The translations under genes and the position numbers were made by a program. The notes below the pieces were generated by a model. The model worked only from the letters and a program-made list of their open reading frames with translations, searched no databases and was not told the origin of the DNA. Positions 47,005 to 56,372 of a DNA stretch of 64,000 bases are shown here, one piece after another (position 1 is the first letter of the stretch; the number at the start of each line of letters is the position of its first letter). This stretch comes from an uncultured Verrucomicrobiae bacterium (GTDB lineage: Bacteria; Verrucomicrobiota; Verrucomicrobiia; Chthoniobacterales; UBA10450), in the NCBI GenBank assembly GCA_963756875.1, contig CAVWPA010000003.1:928001-992000 (forward strand). The letters are read 5' to 3'.

Positions 47005-47967
47005 CTACTTTGCCTGCACTTCCGCCTGAGCGGCGCGAATTCTTTCCTCGGATGCCCGGCGGAGATTGCGCACGAGTCCAAGTTTCGCGAGAGACCAGAT
47101 GATCCATTTGGTTGGATCGATCTGCCACGGCCGGACGCCGTTGCGGTAATCGTATTGAAACTCGTGGTGATAGTTGTGATAGCCTTCGCCGAATGTGAAC
47201 ATCGCGAGCATCCACGAATCGCGCGCGCTGCATTTGGTCGAGTAAGGCTGTCGTCCCATCACGTGGCAGGCGCTGTTGATCAAAAACGTCGTGTGCTGGA
47301 CACAGACGACCCGGGCAATGCCGGCGATCAAAAACCCGCCAAGCGCGCCGGACCAGCCGTTCCAGATCCCGCCGAGGAGCGCTGGAAGAGCAAAACCCAT
47401 CAGCACCGCGAGGAGATGAATGTAACGATGTTGCAAGCGAATTAGCGGGTCTTTTTGCAGGTCCGCGACGTTGTCGAACGGCGGATCCGGTTTCAGTTTA
47501 AACAACAGCCAGCCGATGTGCGCGTACCAAAATCCCTTTGAGATGCTGTAAGGATCGGCTTCGTCGTGATCGACATATTTGTGGTGACGTCGATGTTCGC
47601 TCGCCCACATTACGACTGAGTTTTCAAACGCGGCGGCGCCGAAGAGCAAGGTAAAGAAACGAACGGGCCAGCTCGCCTGGAAGGTAATGTGCGAGAACAA
47701 ACGGTGATAGCCGAGAGTGATGCTAAACCCGGTGGCGGCCATCAGTGCGAAAAAGAGCGCAACCTGAAACCAGTCGAGTCCAAAGTACCAGAGATAAAGC
47801 GGCACTGCGGTCAGCGTTAGCGCGAGTGTTCCGATGAGAAATGCACTGGTCGTCCAGTTGACGCGATCGATCGGAAAACGACCAAGGAGTGATCGCGAGC
47901 GAACAGGGCCTGCGCTGTTCATCGCCGGCGTTGGATCTGTTGTGGGAACTGCAGTGGATGAATTCAA
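47005..47967 (-). CDS. Delta-9 acyl-CoA/acyl-lipid desaturase
   Basis: His boxes HRLFSH, HRRHH, HNYHH; start uncertain (TTG 47967 or ATG 47922). Confidence 0.92.
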   Translation of the reverse strand: MNSSTAVPTTDPTPAMNSAGPVRSRSLLGRFPIDRVNWTTSAFLIGTLALTLTAVPLYLWYFGLDWFQVALFFALMAATGFSITLGYHRLFSHITFQASWPVRFFTLLFGAAAFENSVVMWASEHRRHHKYVDHDEADPYSISKGFWYAHIGWLLFKLKPDPPFDNVADLQKDPLIRLQHRYIHLLAVLMGFALPALLGGIWNGWSGALGGFLIAGIARVVCVQHTTFLINSACHVMGRQPYSTKCSARDSWMLAMFTFGEGYHNYHHEFQYDYRNGVRPWQIDPTKWIIWSLAKLGLVRNLRRASEERIRAAQAEVQAK

Positions 47968-48101
47968 AATAAGTATTCGGTTCTGGAATTAACTTTAAGC
48001 ACAGGCGGTTCGAAACGATCCGCCGTGCGGAACTCTAAGACAGTGGACTATCGCATAGTCGTAAAAAATAACAGCATAAATTATTCTCGGAGTTAAGGAT
48101 C

Positions 48102-48144
48102 GAAACAAAAGAGAAGGGCGCCTTCGTTTCCGAAAGCGCCCTTC
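48102..48144 (-). terminator. Rho-independent terminator of rnpB
   Basis: Stem gaagggcgc...gcgcccttc followed by TCTTTTGTTTC on the minus strand. Confidence 0.75.
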
Positions 48145-48150
48145 ATATTA

Positions 48151-48588
48151 GATGGCGGTAAGCCGAATTCTGTTCCCGGGACTTTTCCAGAAAAGTGCCG
48201 GGTGACGATCATTTATCTCATCCGTCCCGCCGAGGCGGGACGAATGCCCAATGAGCCGTGTCCGGCGGTCAATGACCACCGCTACAGCCCATCGTGATGC
48301 GACGATACCCGAGGATCAAACGGGCCGGCTGCCCTCCCTCTGTTTTGTCTTGCACCGCATGGGGTTTTTCGTGCCTCGCGAATTACTCCGCGAGCGGTGA
48401 GCTCTTACCTCGCCTTTTCACCCTTGCCTGCGCTTCTTTCAAAGAACCGGCGGTCTCTTTTCTGTGACACTCTCCGTCACCGCGATCTTTCAACCGCGGC
48501 GCCCGCGTCTTTTACGCGGCATGCTGCCGTATGGTGTTCGGACTTTCCTCCAGCGAATCTTGCGATTCACCAGCGATCATCTGCCATC
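48151..48588 (-). ncRNA. rnpB: RNase P RNA (M1 RNA)
   Basis: Minus strand carries GAGGAAAGTCC, GGTGCAAG, AGATAAATGAT and AACAGAATTCGGCTTA; P1 pairing GATGGCAG/CCGCCATC. Confidence 0.95.
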
Positions 48589-48661
48589 GACGCCTATTTT
48601 AGCACAACCAGGACCGCACGAAAGCGTGAAGACGCCCGGCAAGATCGACAACAGCCGCCGC

Positions 48662-48919
48662 TCAGGGCTTTTGCGCGTCCTGCGTCCGGGCGCGCGATTG
48701 TTCGGTCACGTCGCGGGCGCGGTCCAGGTCACGCTTCATGAAATTGTATTTGGACGCCTGACCACGCGGGGCCGGTGTCAACGGCGCAGGCGTGGCTTTT
48801 GTTCCAACCGATTCGGTTGCGACAGGCTTTGCTGGGGCCGATGCCGTCCCATTTTGCTTCTGCCACAAAAAGAGGAACCCCAAACCGGCAACGAGCAGAA
48901 AAATAATGAACCCACGCAT
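48662..48919 (-). CDS. Small single-pass membrane hypothetical protein
   Basis: MRGFIIFLLVAGLGFLFLWQKQ, then a P/A/T-rich linker and a helix. Confidence 0.6.
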   Translation of the reverse strand: MRGFIIFLLVAGLGFLFLWQKQNGTASAPAKPVATESVGTKATPAPLTPAPRGQASKYNFMKRDLDRARDVTEQSRARTQDAQKP

Positions 48920-49030
48920 GCTTTGTTTTGCAGCAGTTGCCAAGCCACGGCTACCCGGATTGCGCTGCTCGAATCGTGCTATCCGGCAGCGGTGGATCTG
49001 CTGTCAGCGGACAATTTAGCGCAATCTGGA

Positions 49031-49891
49031 TTACGACCGAGCCTCGCCTGGCGTATGCGCGATTTCTCTTAGTCGCCTAAACACAGCATCCACCGTTTCG
49101 CGCATGGTTGAGGTCCCTGCGGTTAAGCCGACGATTTCGATGCCTTCAAACTCCTTCGAGGTGAGTTCTTCGGCGCGTTCTATATGGATCGCGCGTCGGC
49201 CGGCGGCGCGACAAGTCTCGACCAGTTGGCGGGTGTTATTGCTCTCGCGTCCGCCGACCACGACGATCAGCTCCGTTTTTGCGATCAACGCCAGCAGAGC
49301 TGATTGTCGATCCTTTGTCGGCTTGCACACCGTATCGACGAAGCGCACTTCGCTTCGCGGATTCAGCCGCTGAATCTCGCCGACCAAGCGGTGCGCATGG
49401 TCGATCGGCTGCGTAGTTTGCGATATGACCCCGTAGCGATCCCGCGCCGGCAGTTTTGCGATGTCGCCCGCAACATCGACTACACGCGCCTCAGGGAAAT
49501 CCTCCGTCAATCCGCGCACTTCGACATGGCCGGCCCTGCCGATGACAACGGGAAAGTAACCGGCGGCCACGAGCTGTTTCAGTTGTTCGTGCGCGTGGCG
49601 GACCAGCGGGCAGGTCGCATCGACGACATCGAAACCCGCCCTGTGCCACATCGCGCGCTTCTGATCCGACGCACCGTGCGCGCTGATCATGACACGCTCC
49701 GATGTCGCTCGCGTGTCGTCGAGGGAGCCTTCGATGGCGCCCTGAGCCCGAAGCCGTTCGCGAACCAGCGGATTGTGAACGAGCTCGCCGAGGATCGTGA
49801 GTGGCGCTTCGCGTGCGACCTTTTGGGCGTGAGCGATGGCGTCGCGGACGCCGAAACAAACACCGAAATGCTCAGCAAGCAGGATTTTCAT
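49031..49891 (-). CDS. ispH: 4-hydroxy-3-methylbut-2-enyl diphosphate reductase
   Basis: GVCFGV, LVHN, SAHG, DATCPLV, GHVEV, DTVC, TAGTST. Confidence 0.93.
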   Translation of the reverse strand: MKILLAEHFGVCFGVRDAIAHAQKVAREAPLTILGELVHNPLVRERLRAQGAIEGSLDDTRATSERVMISAHGASDQKRAMWHRAGFDVVDATCPLVRHAHEQLKQLVAAGYFPVVIGRAGHVEVRGLTEDFPEARVVDVAGDIAKLPARDRYGVISQTTQPIDHAHRLVGEIQRLNPRSEVRFVDTVCKPTKDRQSALLALIAKTELIVVVGGRESNNTRQLVETCRAAGRRAIHIERAEELTSKEFEGIEIVGLTAGTSTMRETVDAVFRRLREIAHTPGEARS

Positions 49892-49913
49892 CGGATCAGC
49901 GATTTCTGAGGTG

Positions 49914-49938
49914 GACTTTGTATCGCAAAGTAAATGCG
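49914..49938. promoter_or_regulatory. Operator-like palindrome upstream of ispH (copy 1 of a 25-bp exact repeat)
   Basis: gACTTTGtatcgCAAAGTaaatgcg. Confidence 0.75.
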
Positions 49939-49948
49939 CAAAAAATTT

Positions 49949-50245
49949 TCATTGTTTCCCTGCTTTGATGATTTGCTCCAGCACGTGCAGGTAATCCTTG
50001 AATGCCGCACGACCCTTGGACGTCAGCGAATAGCTGGTCTGGGGCCGGCCGCGCATCTCCTTTGTGTAAGCAACCAGGCCGAGCCGATGCAACGTGCGAA
50101 GATGCGTAATTAAATTGCCGTCGCTCATTCCCAGCTCCTCTTTGAGGTCCTGGAAGGACCAGCGCAGACGCGTTGCCAGCAATGTCATAATCGCGAGACG
50201 CCCCTTCTCGTGAATCGCCTTGTCCAGTTTTTCGAAGTCCGGCAT
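49949..50245 (-). CDS. Winged-HTH (ArsR/MarR-like) transcriptional regulator
   Basis: LDKAIHEKGRLAIM...SDGNLITHLRTL...LTSKGRAAF. Confidence 0.9.
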   Translation of the reverse strand: MPDFEKLDKAIHEKGRLAIMTLLATRLRWSFQDLKEELGMSDGNLITHLRTLHRLGLVAYTKEMRGRPQTSYSLTSKGRAAFKDYLHVLEQIIKAGKQ

Positions 50246-50248
50246 CGC

Positions 50249-50918
50249 TCATTCGACGGCGCCCTGCGCGGCTCGCGCCGCCTTTGTCGGCCGCCAGGTG
50301 AATGCGGCGTAAATCAGGTGGTACAGGCCAAACGTAACCGCCATGATCGCCAGAGGCAGGTTCGCCGAGAAATCCTCGTTTGCATTGAGAACCGCGGGCA
50401 CGCTGAGTCCGGTGAGCAGGAACGCCCAGCCGAGGATCGCCAGTGACCGAGGCGCGAATAATCCGGTGGAAAGCAGCGCCAACCCGTAAAAAAGGACCCA
50501 CACGACGACCAGGTCCAGTTCCGCTCCGCCCAGGTAACCGGTGGAGAAGAACCATAGGGTAAATGCGGTGGGAATGAGAAGGCACGGGCCAACAGCCTTT
50601 AAGGCCAGTTTCATTCCTGAAGAGGCGAATGGCCGGCCGTTCCGGCGCGCTTCGCGCCAGATAAAGAATGTGTTGGTCACAAGCGCCAGAATTCAGTACG
50701 GCGATCCAGATCAGGACGAACTCGCGGCCGCCGATAATGATGCTGCCCGGTGCCGAGTTGTATTCATTGTTCCAGTAAATTCCGCCTGCAGCGAGAAGCG
50801 AGAGCAGGCCGGCGACGACGGCGGAGGGGGCGGAGATGGCGCGATAAACGGTGGCTCGCTCCATCAAGCCGCGAATGACGCGAAGATCTTCCTCCGCCCT
50901 GGAGCGCTCATGGTTCAT
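50249..50918 (-). pseudogene. Multi-pass membrane protein split by a +1 frameshift at about 50692-50693 (real or sequencing error)
   Basis: AEEDLRVIRGLMER...WIAVL continues as ILALVTNTFF...FGLYHLIY if one A is removed. Confidence 0.75.
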
Positions 50919-50925
50919 TTGAAAT

Positions 50926-50950
50926 GACTTTGTATCGCAAAGTAAATGCG
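50926..50950. promoter_or_regulatory. Operator-like palindrome upstream of the membrane protein/regulator operon (copy 2)
   Basis: Identical over 25 bp to 49914-49938. Confidence 0.75.
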
Positions 50951-51020
50951 GGCGCAATAACTTTTTCGCCGAGTCATCCCGAGTCATCCACGGAAGCGCC
51001 GGCCCATGGACGGCGCCAAA

Positions 51021-51509
51021 TCAAAATGGCGATGGGGCGTTCATGATGAAAATGATGATCATCGCAAGCGCGATCGTTAGTTTGCCGATCATTCCACCAA
51101 GGTTCCCCAGCAAACTTCCCCAACCGGCGCGCCCGGCATCGATCATTCTTTTCCCGGCTATGAATTCACCCGCGATGGCCCCAATCACCGGTCCGATAAA
51201 AAGCCCGGCGATGCCGAAGAACATTCCGACGAGAACTCCGAGGACGGCCCCGAACGTTCCCCATCTCGTGGCCCCGAAATATTTTGCCCCGAAATAGCTT
51301 CCCATAAAGTCGATCAGATAGCTGGCGAGCGTCAGCAGGACGAGAACAACGATGCTGATCCAGCCGATGCTTTTTTCCGGGCCGAGCATCATTCGATGGA
51401 TGACCGCGGCAGCGAGAATAATTGTCGTTCCGGGAAGCATCGGCAGGACCGTGCCGAGTAGCCCGATCGCAAAGAGCAGCATCGTAAATAGCCACCAGAA
51501 CAATTCCAT
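51021..51509 (-). CDS. DUF456 family membrane protein
   Basis: GTVLPMLPG...GAKYFGATRWG...GPVIGAIAGE. Confidence 0.85.
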   Translation of the reverse strand: MELFWWLFTMLLFAIGLLGTVLPMLPGTTIILAAAVIHRMMLGPEKSIGWISIVVLVLLTLASYLIDFMGSYFGAKYFGATRWGTFGAVLGVLVGMFFGIAGLFIGPVIGAIAGEFIAGKRMIDAGRAGWGSLLGNLGGMIGKLTIALAMIIIFIMNAPSPF

Positions 51510-51616
51510 CGCAGTGCTTCAATTCTTCTAACAAGGCCTGATCTTCCTTTTGACCCCGCGGTTGCCGATCTTATACTGACTTCCCACAACATTAACTCAA
51601 ACCCGGAGGATTGTTC

Positions 51617-52111
51617 ATGTCATTAGCAGTTGGAACGAAAGCGCCAGATTTTACTCTGCCCACTAAAACCGCTGACGGGCCGAAACAGGTCATGCTTAGC
51701 GATAATTTCGGAAAGAAGAATACACTTCTACTTTTCTTTCCAATGGCTTTCACCGGCGTTTGTACCACCGAAATGTGCGACATCAGCAAAGGCTTAAACA
51801 CCTACAGCGATCTGAACGCAGCGGTCTATGGAATTAGTGGAGACAATCCTTTTGCGCAGGAAGCATGGGCGCAAAAGGAAAAGATCGGTGTGACGTTGCT
51901 GAGCGATTACGAGCACAAAGCTGCGAAGGCGTACGGCGTCGCCTACGATTCATTTCTGCCACAGGTTAATCTCGGCATGGGTGGCGTGGCCAAGCGCTCC
52001 GCGTTCATCGTCGATAAAAACGGCGTCATTCAATACGCGGAGAGCAGCGACGACCCGAAACAGCTGCCAAATTTCGAGAAAATAAAAGCCAAGCTCGCGG
52101 AACTGAAATGA
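51617..52111 (+). CDS. Peroxiredoxin (AhpC/TSA, PrxQ/AhpE-like)
   Basis: APDFTL, FFPMAFTGVCTTEMC, KRSAFIVD. Confidence 0.9.
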   Translation: MSLAVGTKAPDFTLPTKTADGPKQVMLSDNFGKKNTLLLFFPMAFTGVCTTEMCDISKGLNTYSDLNAAVYGISGDNPFAQEAWAQKEKIGVTLLSDYEHKAAKAYGVAYDSFLPQVNLGMGGVAKRSAFIVDKNGVIQYAESSDDPKQLPNFEKIKAKLAELK

Positions 52112-52126
52112 AATCACGACCCGCGC

Positions 52127-52244
52127 TGTCATCCCGAGCTGCGAAGACAGAGAGGGACCTCTCGCCCGAAGCTCGGATCATCCAAAGTAGCTTGTGTCTT
52201 CTGATTGATCTGCGGGAGGTCCTTCGCTTGCGCTCAGGATGACA
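52127..52244. repeat. 118-bp TGTCATCC-type palindromic element
   Basis: Terminal inverted repeats tgtcatcccgagc / gctcaggatgaca (12/13); internal ggacctc/gaggtcc. Confidence 0.8.
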
Positions 52245-52253
52245 CAAGAAAAT

Positions 52254-55145
52254 ATGAACGACGAATTTAAGACGCTGAAGGAATTCGATGCCGGTAACGG
52301 TCGTGAGGGATTGTTTTATTCTCTGCCGTCACTGGAAGAGCAGGGAATCGGCAAAATTTCACGGTTGCCGGTCAGTATTCGTATTGTGCTCGAATCGGTG
52401 TTGCGCAATTGCGACGGAAAAAAAGTGCGACGCAAAGATGTCGAGACGCTGGCGAATTGGAACGCCAGGAAGCCGGCGAACGAAGAAATCCCATTCGTTG
52501 TCGCGAGGATTGTGCTCCAGGATTTCACTGGCGTGCCATTGGTGGTCGACCTTGCCGCGATGCGCAGCGCGGTGAAACGGGTCGGTGGCGACCCGAAGAT
52601 CATCGAGCCGCTCGTGCCGGTCGATTTGGTGGTCGATCACTCGGTCCAGGTCGATTTTTTTGGATCAGCCAAGGCGTTGCAACTCAACCTGGAAATGGAA
52701 TTCAAACGCAACCGCGAGCGTTACCAGTTTCTAAAGTGGGGACAACAGGCGTTCAAAACTTTCCAGCTGATTCCGCCGGGCATCGGCATCGTTCACCAGG
52801 TAAATCTCGAGTATCTCGCCAAGGGCGTTCTTTCGGCTCAATCAACCATCAACAATCAACCATCAACTGTCTTCTATCCCGACACGCTCGTCGGCACCGA
52901 TTCGCACACGACCATGATCAATGGGCTGGGCGTGGTCGGTTGGGGAGTCGGCGGGATCGAAGCGGAAGCGGGAATGCTCGGACAACCGGTTTATTTTTTA
53001 ACGCCGGAAGTGGTGGGAGTGCATTTGAGCGGCCAATTGCGCGAAGGCGTGACGGCGACCGATCTGGTATTGCACATCACGCAGATGCTGCGCGCGCAAA
53101 AGGTGGTCGGTAAATTTGTCGAGTTTTACGGCGAAGGCGCTGCGTCGTTGCCGGTGCCGGACCGCGCGACGATCGGCAACATGTCGCCCGAGTACGGCGC
53201 AACCATGGGATTTTTCCCGATCGACGCCGAATCTGTGACCTATTTGCGCGCCACGGGACGCAGCGACGAGCAGTGCGCGGCGTTCGAGAATTATTTTCGT
53301 GCCCAGAAAATGTTCGGCATGCCACGCAAAGGCGAGATCGATTACAGCGTCGACCTGGAATTGAATCTCGGCGATGTGCAGCCGGGGGTAGCTGGACCGA
53401 AGCGGCCGCAGGACCGGATTAATCTACCAGCTCTTGGCGAGACCTTTCGCTCGCTCCTCAAGAAACCGATCAAGGATGGCGGTTATGGAAAAAAAGATGT
53501 CGATCTTGCGGCGAAGCATCTGGTGCAGTTGAACGGCACGCCGCCGAACGATGAAAAGATGCCGTCAACCGACGGGCCCAATCAGGGCATCGAGACAGGC
53601 GAAGCGCGCAACAAGCTCGAGATGGTGGCAAACCGTCCCACGCCCGATTCCGCAAAAGAACTGGAGGAAGAAGACGGGGATCCGTTTCATCACGGGCAAA
53701 GCCGGATCGGTCACGGCAGCGTGCTCATCGCTGCAATCACCAGTTGCACGAACACCAGCAATCCGAGTGTGATGCTCGCGGCTGGGTTGCTCGCGAAGAA
53801 GGCGGTCGAACGCGGGTTGCACGTGGATCCGGCGGTAAAGACTTCACTTGCTCCGGGTTCACGAGTCGTCACCGATTATCTGGAAAAAACCGGGCTTCAA
53901 ACATATCTCGATCAGCTTGGCTTCAATCTCGTTGGATACGGGTGCACGACCTGCATCGGCAACTCCGGGCCGCTGCATCCGAAGATCGAGAAAGCGATCA
54001 ACGACTACGATCTGGTTGCCGCTTCGGTGCTTTCCGGGAATCGCAATTTCGAAGCGCGCGTGCACCAGAACATCAAGGCGAATTTTCTCATGTCGCCGCC
54101 GCTGGTGGTGGCATTTGCGCTGGCAGGCCGCGTCGATATCGATCTTTCGCGGGAGCCAATCGGCAAGGACAAAAACGGTAAAGAGACTTTTCTGCGGGAT
54201 CTCTGGCCGCCGTTAGGCGAAATTCGGGACGCGATGCGGTCGGCGTTGAAACCGGAAATATTCCGCAAACTTTACCGCGATTTTGCCGGACAAAATCCGA
54301 AGTGGAACGAGATCCCGTCGAGCACGGGTGAAGTGTATCAATGGGATGAGAAGAGCGATTACATCCAGGAGCCGCCTTTTTTCGAGAATTTCTCGATGGA
54401 GGCTGGGAAAATCGAGAACATCGCCGGCGCGCGTGCCCTTGGGATTTTTGGCGACTCGGTCACGACCGATCACATTTCGCCGGCCGGCGCGATCAAGGAG
54501 ACATCGCCGGCCGGGAAATATCTGGTATCGCGCGGAGTCCAACCGCGGGACTTCAACAGCTATGGCAGCCGGCGCGGGAACGACCAGGTAATGACGCGGG
54601 GCACGTTCGCCAATGTGCGGATCAAAAATCTGATGGTGCCGGGGACGGAGGGGGGGGTGACGAAATATTTCGCGAACGGGAATGCGGGAGAGCAGATGTC
54701 GATCTTCGACGCCGCAATGAAGTATGCGGAACGGAACACGCAGCTCGTGATTTTGGCGGGAACCGAATATGGGACCGGTTCGTCGCGGGATTGGGCGGCC
54801 AAGGGAACGCGCTTGTTAGGCGTAAAAGCAGTCGTTGCCGCCAGCTTCGAGCGGATCCATCGTTCGAACCTCGTCGGGATGGGTGTTCTGCCGTTGCAAT
54901 TTCCCGATGGGACGAGTGCCCAAACGCTCGGACTCGATGGTTCGGAGACTTTTTCGATTACCGGCTTGTCGGATTCGATTCAACCGGGCCAGCAACTGAC
55001 CCTGGAGATTCGAGGCAAAGACGGGAAATCGCGCTCGGTGCCGGTGAAGTTGCGGATCGATACACCCATTGAGATCGATTATTATCGGCATGGCGGGATT
55101 CTGCCGTTCGTGCTGCGTCAGTTGCTGGGATCTCACAAGATGTAG
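52254..55145 (+). CDS. acnA: Aconitate hydratase AcnA
   Basis: [61 protein letters not shown]. Confidence 0.97.
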   Translation: MNDEFKTLKEFDAGNGREGLFYSLPSLEEQGIGKISRLPVSIRIVLESVLRNCDGKKVRRKDVETLANWNARKPANEEIPFVVARIVLQDFTGVPLVVDLAAMRSAVKRVGGDPKIIEPLVPVDLVVDHSVQVDFFGSAKALQLNLEMEFKRNRERYQFLKWGQQAFKTFQLIPPGIGIVHQVNLEYLAKGVLSAQSTINNQPSTVFYPDTLVGTDSHTTMINGLGVVGWGVGGIEAEAGMLGQPVYFLTPEVVGVHLSGQLREGVTATDLVLHITQMLRAQKVVGKFVEFYGEGAASLPVPDRATIGNMSPEYGATMGFFPIDAESVTYLRATGRSDEQCAAFENYFRAQKMFGMPRKGEIDYSVDLELNLGDVQPGVAGPKRPQDRINLPALGETFRSLLKKPIKDGGYGKKDVDLAAKHLVQLNGTPPNDEKMPSTDGPNQGIETGEARNKLEMVANRPTPDSAKELEEEDGDPFHHGQSRIGHGSVLIAAITSCTNTSNPSVMLAAGLLAKKAVERGLHVDPAVKTSLAPGSRVVTDYLEKTGLQTYLDQLGFNLVGYGCTTCIGNSGPLHPKIEKAINDYDLVAASVLSGNRNFEARVHQNIKANFLMSPPLVVAFALAGRVDIDLSREPIGKDKNGKETFLRDLWPPLGEIRDAMRSALKPEIFRKLYRDFAGQNPKWNEIPSSTGEVYQWDEKSDYIQEPPFFENFSMEAGKIENIAGARALGIFGDSVTTDHISPAGAIKETSPAGKYLVSRGVQPRDFNSYGSRRGNDQVMTRGTFANVRIKNLMVPGTEGGVTKYFANGNAGEQMSIFDAAMKYAERNTQLVILAGTEYGTGSSRDWAAKGTRLLGVKAVVAASFERIHRSNLVGMGVLPLQFPDGTSAQTLGLDGSETFSITGLSDSIQPGQQLTLEIRGKDGKSRSVPVKLRIDTPIEIDYYRHGGILPFVLRQLLGSHKM

Positions 55146-55371
55146 CCGCGGCGCTCTGTCGCCGTGTCTTTTTCGGAGCGCCTTCGATGGAGCAACACGG
55201 CTGCACCGCGCGGCGGCCCCCGCGCGGTAATGAAATTGCAGGGCGTTTGATTCGCTTTTTCCAAAAAAGCTCGCCCTCTCGGGCCTTCCCGTCTATGTCG
55301 CTCGCGGCCCCGCGGCTCCATTCTGCGAGACGCCTCTTTTTGGGGCTGGCGGCTGACACAGCCGCTCTACA
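55141..55371. repeat. GTAG-type REP cluster starting at the acnA stop
   Basis: tgtagccgcggcgctctgtcgccgt ... gcggctgacacagccgctctaca. Confidence 0.65.
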
Positions 55372-55387
55372 AACCGATTAGTTTCGA

Positions 55388-55443
55388 GCGACGGTCATCC
55401 GCCTTCGCGCAGCTACGGCGCGACGAGTAGACCGCCGCTACAG
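55388..55443. repeat. REP unit with a nested 30-bp insertion, overlapping the DUF2071 stop
   Basis: gcgacggtca[30 bp]tagaccgccgctacag, compared with the intact copy at 56327-56352. Confidence 0.75.
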
Positions 55444-56148
55444 GAGGATGGATCTGCGCTCGACAGTGATCGACGAGCCATCCGCGATGAAGGCCGAGCG
55501 GGGGGGCGCGCTGAGCGTTTCGACGAATTGATCGCCGTAAAGACCGGCGATGTCCGCGCGAAGTTCGAAGGTTCCCGCTTCCCAGATTTTCCAGCGCGGA
55601 TGTTCCACCCGGTATTCACTGCAACCGCCGCGAACCGAGGTGTAGCCCCAATAGTGTTCCGTGATGAATTCGGCGTGAGAACCGGCCGGAATATTTTGCG
55701 CTTCGCCGGTCGCGCTCATTTTGAGCGACTCCCATTTCGAACCGCGGCGCCACGAGTACCCGACTTCCAGTTTGAGATCGACGTGTTCGATTTCGTGTTT
55801 CATCGGAACGGCGAGATACGGTTCGCCGTAGAACGTGCGTGCGATCAGCGCAATAGCGCGTTTTGGAACCAATTCGCGGACGAAGACAACGCCGCGCCTC
55901 CAGGTGTCGGCCGATTTTTTGCGCACATAAAAGCGCAGGTTCACCTCTTCAAAGTCGCGATGCAGTGGAACGGGAAGACCGAGAAGTCGCGTGTCGAGGA
56001 AAAGAAAACCGACGACGCTCAGAAATGTTTCCCCGTTTTCATAATCGATTTCGGTGCCTGGCGGAACCAGGTGTGCGACGATTGCGGGGTCGACAGCGAA
56101 ATTGAGGATGGCGAGATAACGCCAGTTGGCGGTGAGAAATGCGTTCAC
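55438..56148 (-). CDS. YqjF/DUF2071 family protein
   Basis: FLTANWRYL, FEEVNLRFYV, FITEHYWGY, VEHPRW. Confidence 0.85.
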   Translation of the reverse strand: MNAFLTANWRYLAILNFAVDPAIVAHLVPPGTEIDYENGETFLSVVGFLFLDTRLLGLPVPLHRDFEEVNLRFYVRKKSADTWRRGVVFVRELVPKRAIALIARTFYGEPYLAVPMKHEIEHVDLKLEVGYSWRRGSKWESLKMSATGEAQNIPAGSHAEFITEHYWGYTSVRGGCSEYRVEHPRWKIWEAGTFELRADIAGLYGDQFVETLSAPPRSAFIADGSSITVERRSILL

Positions 56149-56249
56149 GGAATGCGCGAATTATCGGAGCAATGAAACTCTTCTCAACTTTCGGTCGCCG
56201 TGGCGAGGAGATCTACTCGCAATTGGCGAAACCGCGCGCCAGACAAAAT

Positions 56250-56352
56250 TGTAGGGCATCTCTGTGAGACGCCCGTCTTAGATTGGCGTCCGCCGCGGCG
56301 GACGCCCTGCGCAGCGATTCATTTAAGCGACGGTCATAGACCGCCGCTACAG
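56250..56352. repeat. Cluster of three GTAG-type REP units
   Basis: tgtagggcatc...gacgccc; ggcgtccgccgcggcggacgccctgc; gcgacggtcatagaccgccgctacag. Confidence 0.75.
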
Positions 56353-56372
56353 AAGAACTCCTCTGCCGGAAA

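Noticed and set aside
49896..50987. 363-aa ORF as a real protein
   Set aside because: Chimera of the membrane gene's true N-terminus and out-of-frame read-through past the frameshift
52239..52253. acnA start at 52239
   Set aside because: That ATG lies within the terminal repeat of the upstream element; 52254 is preferred
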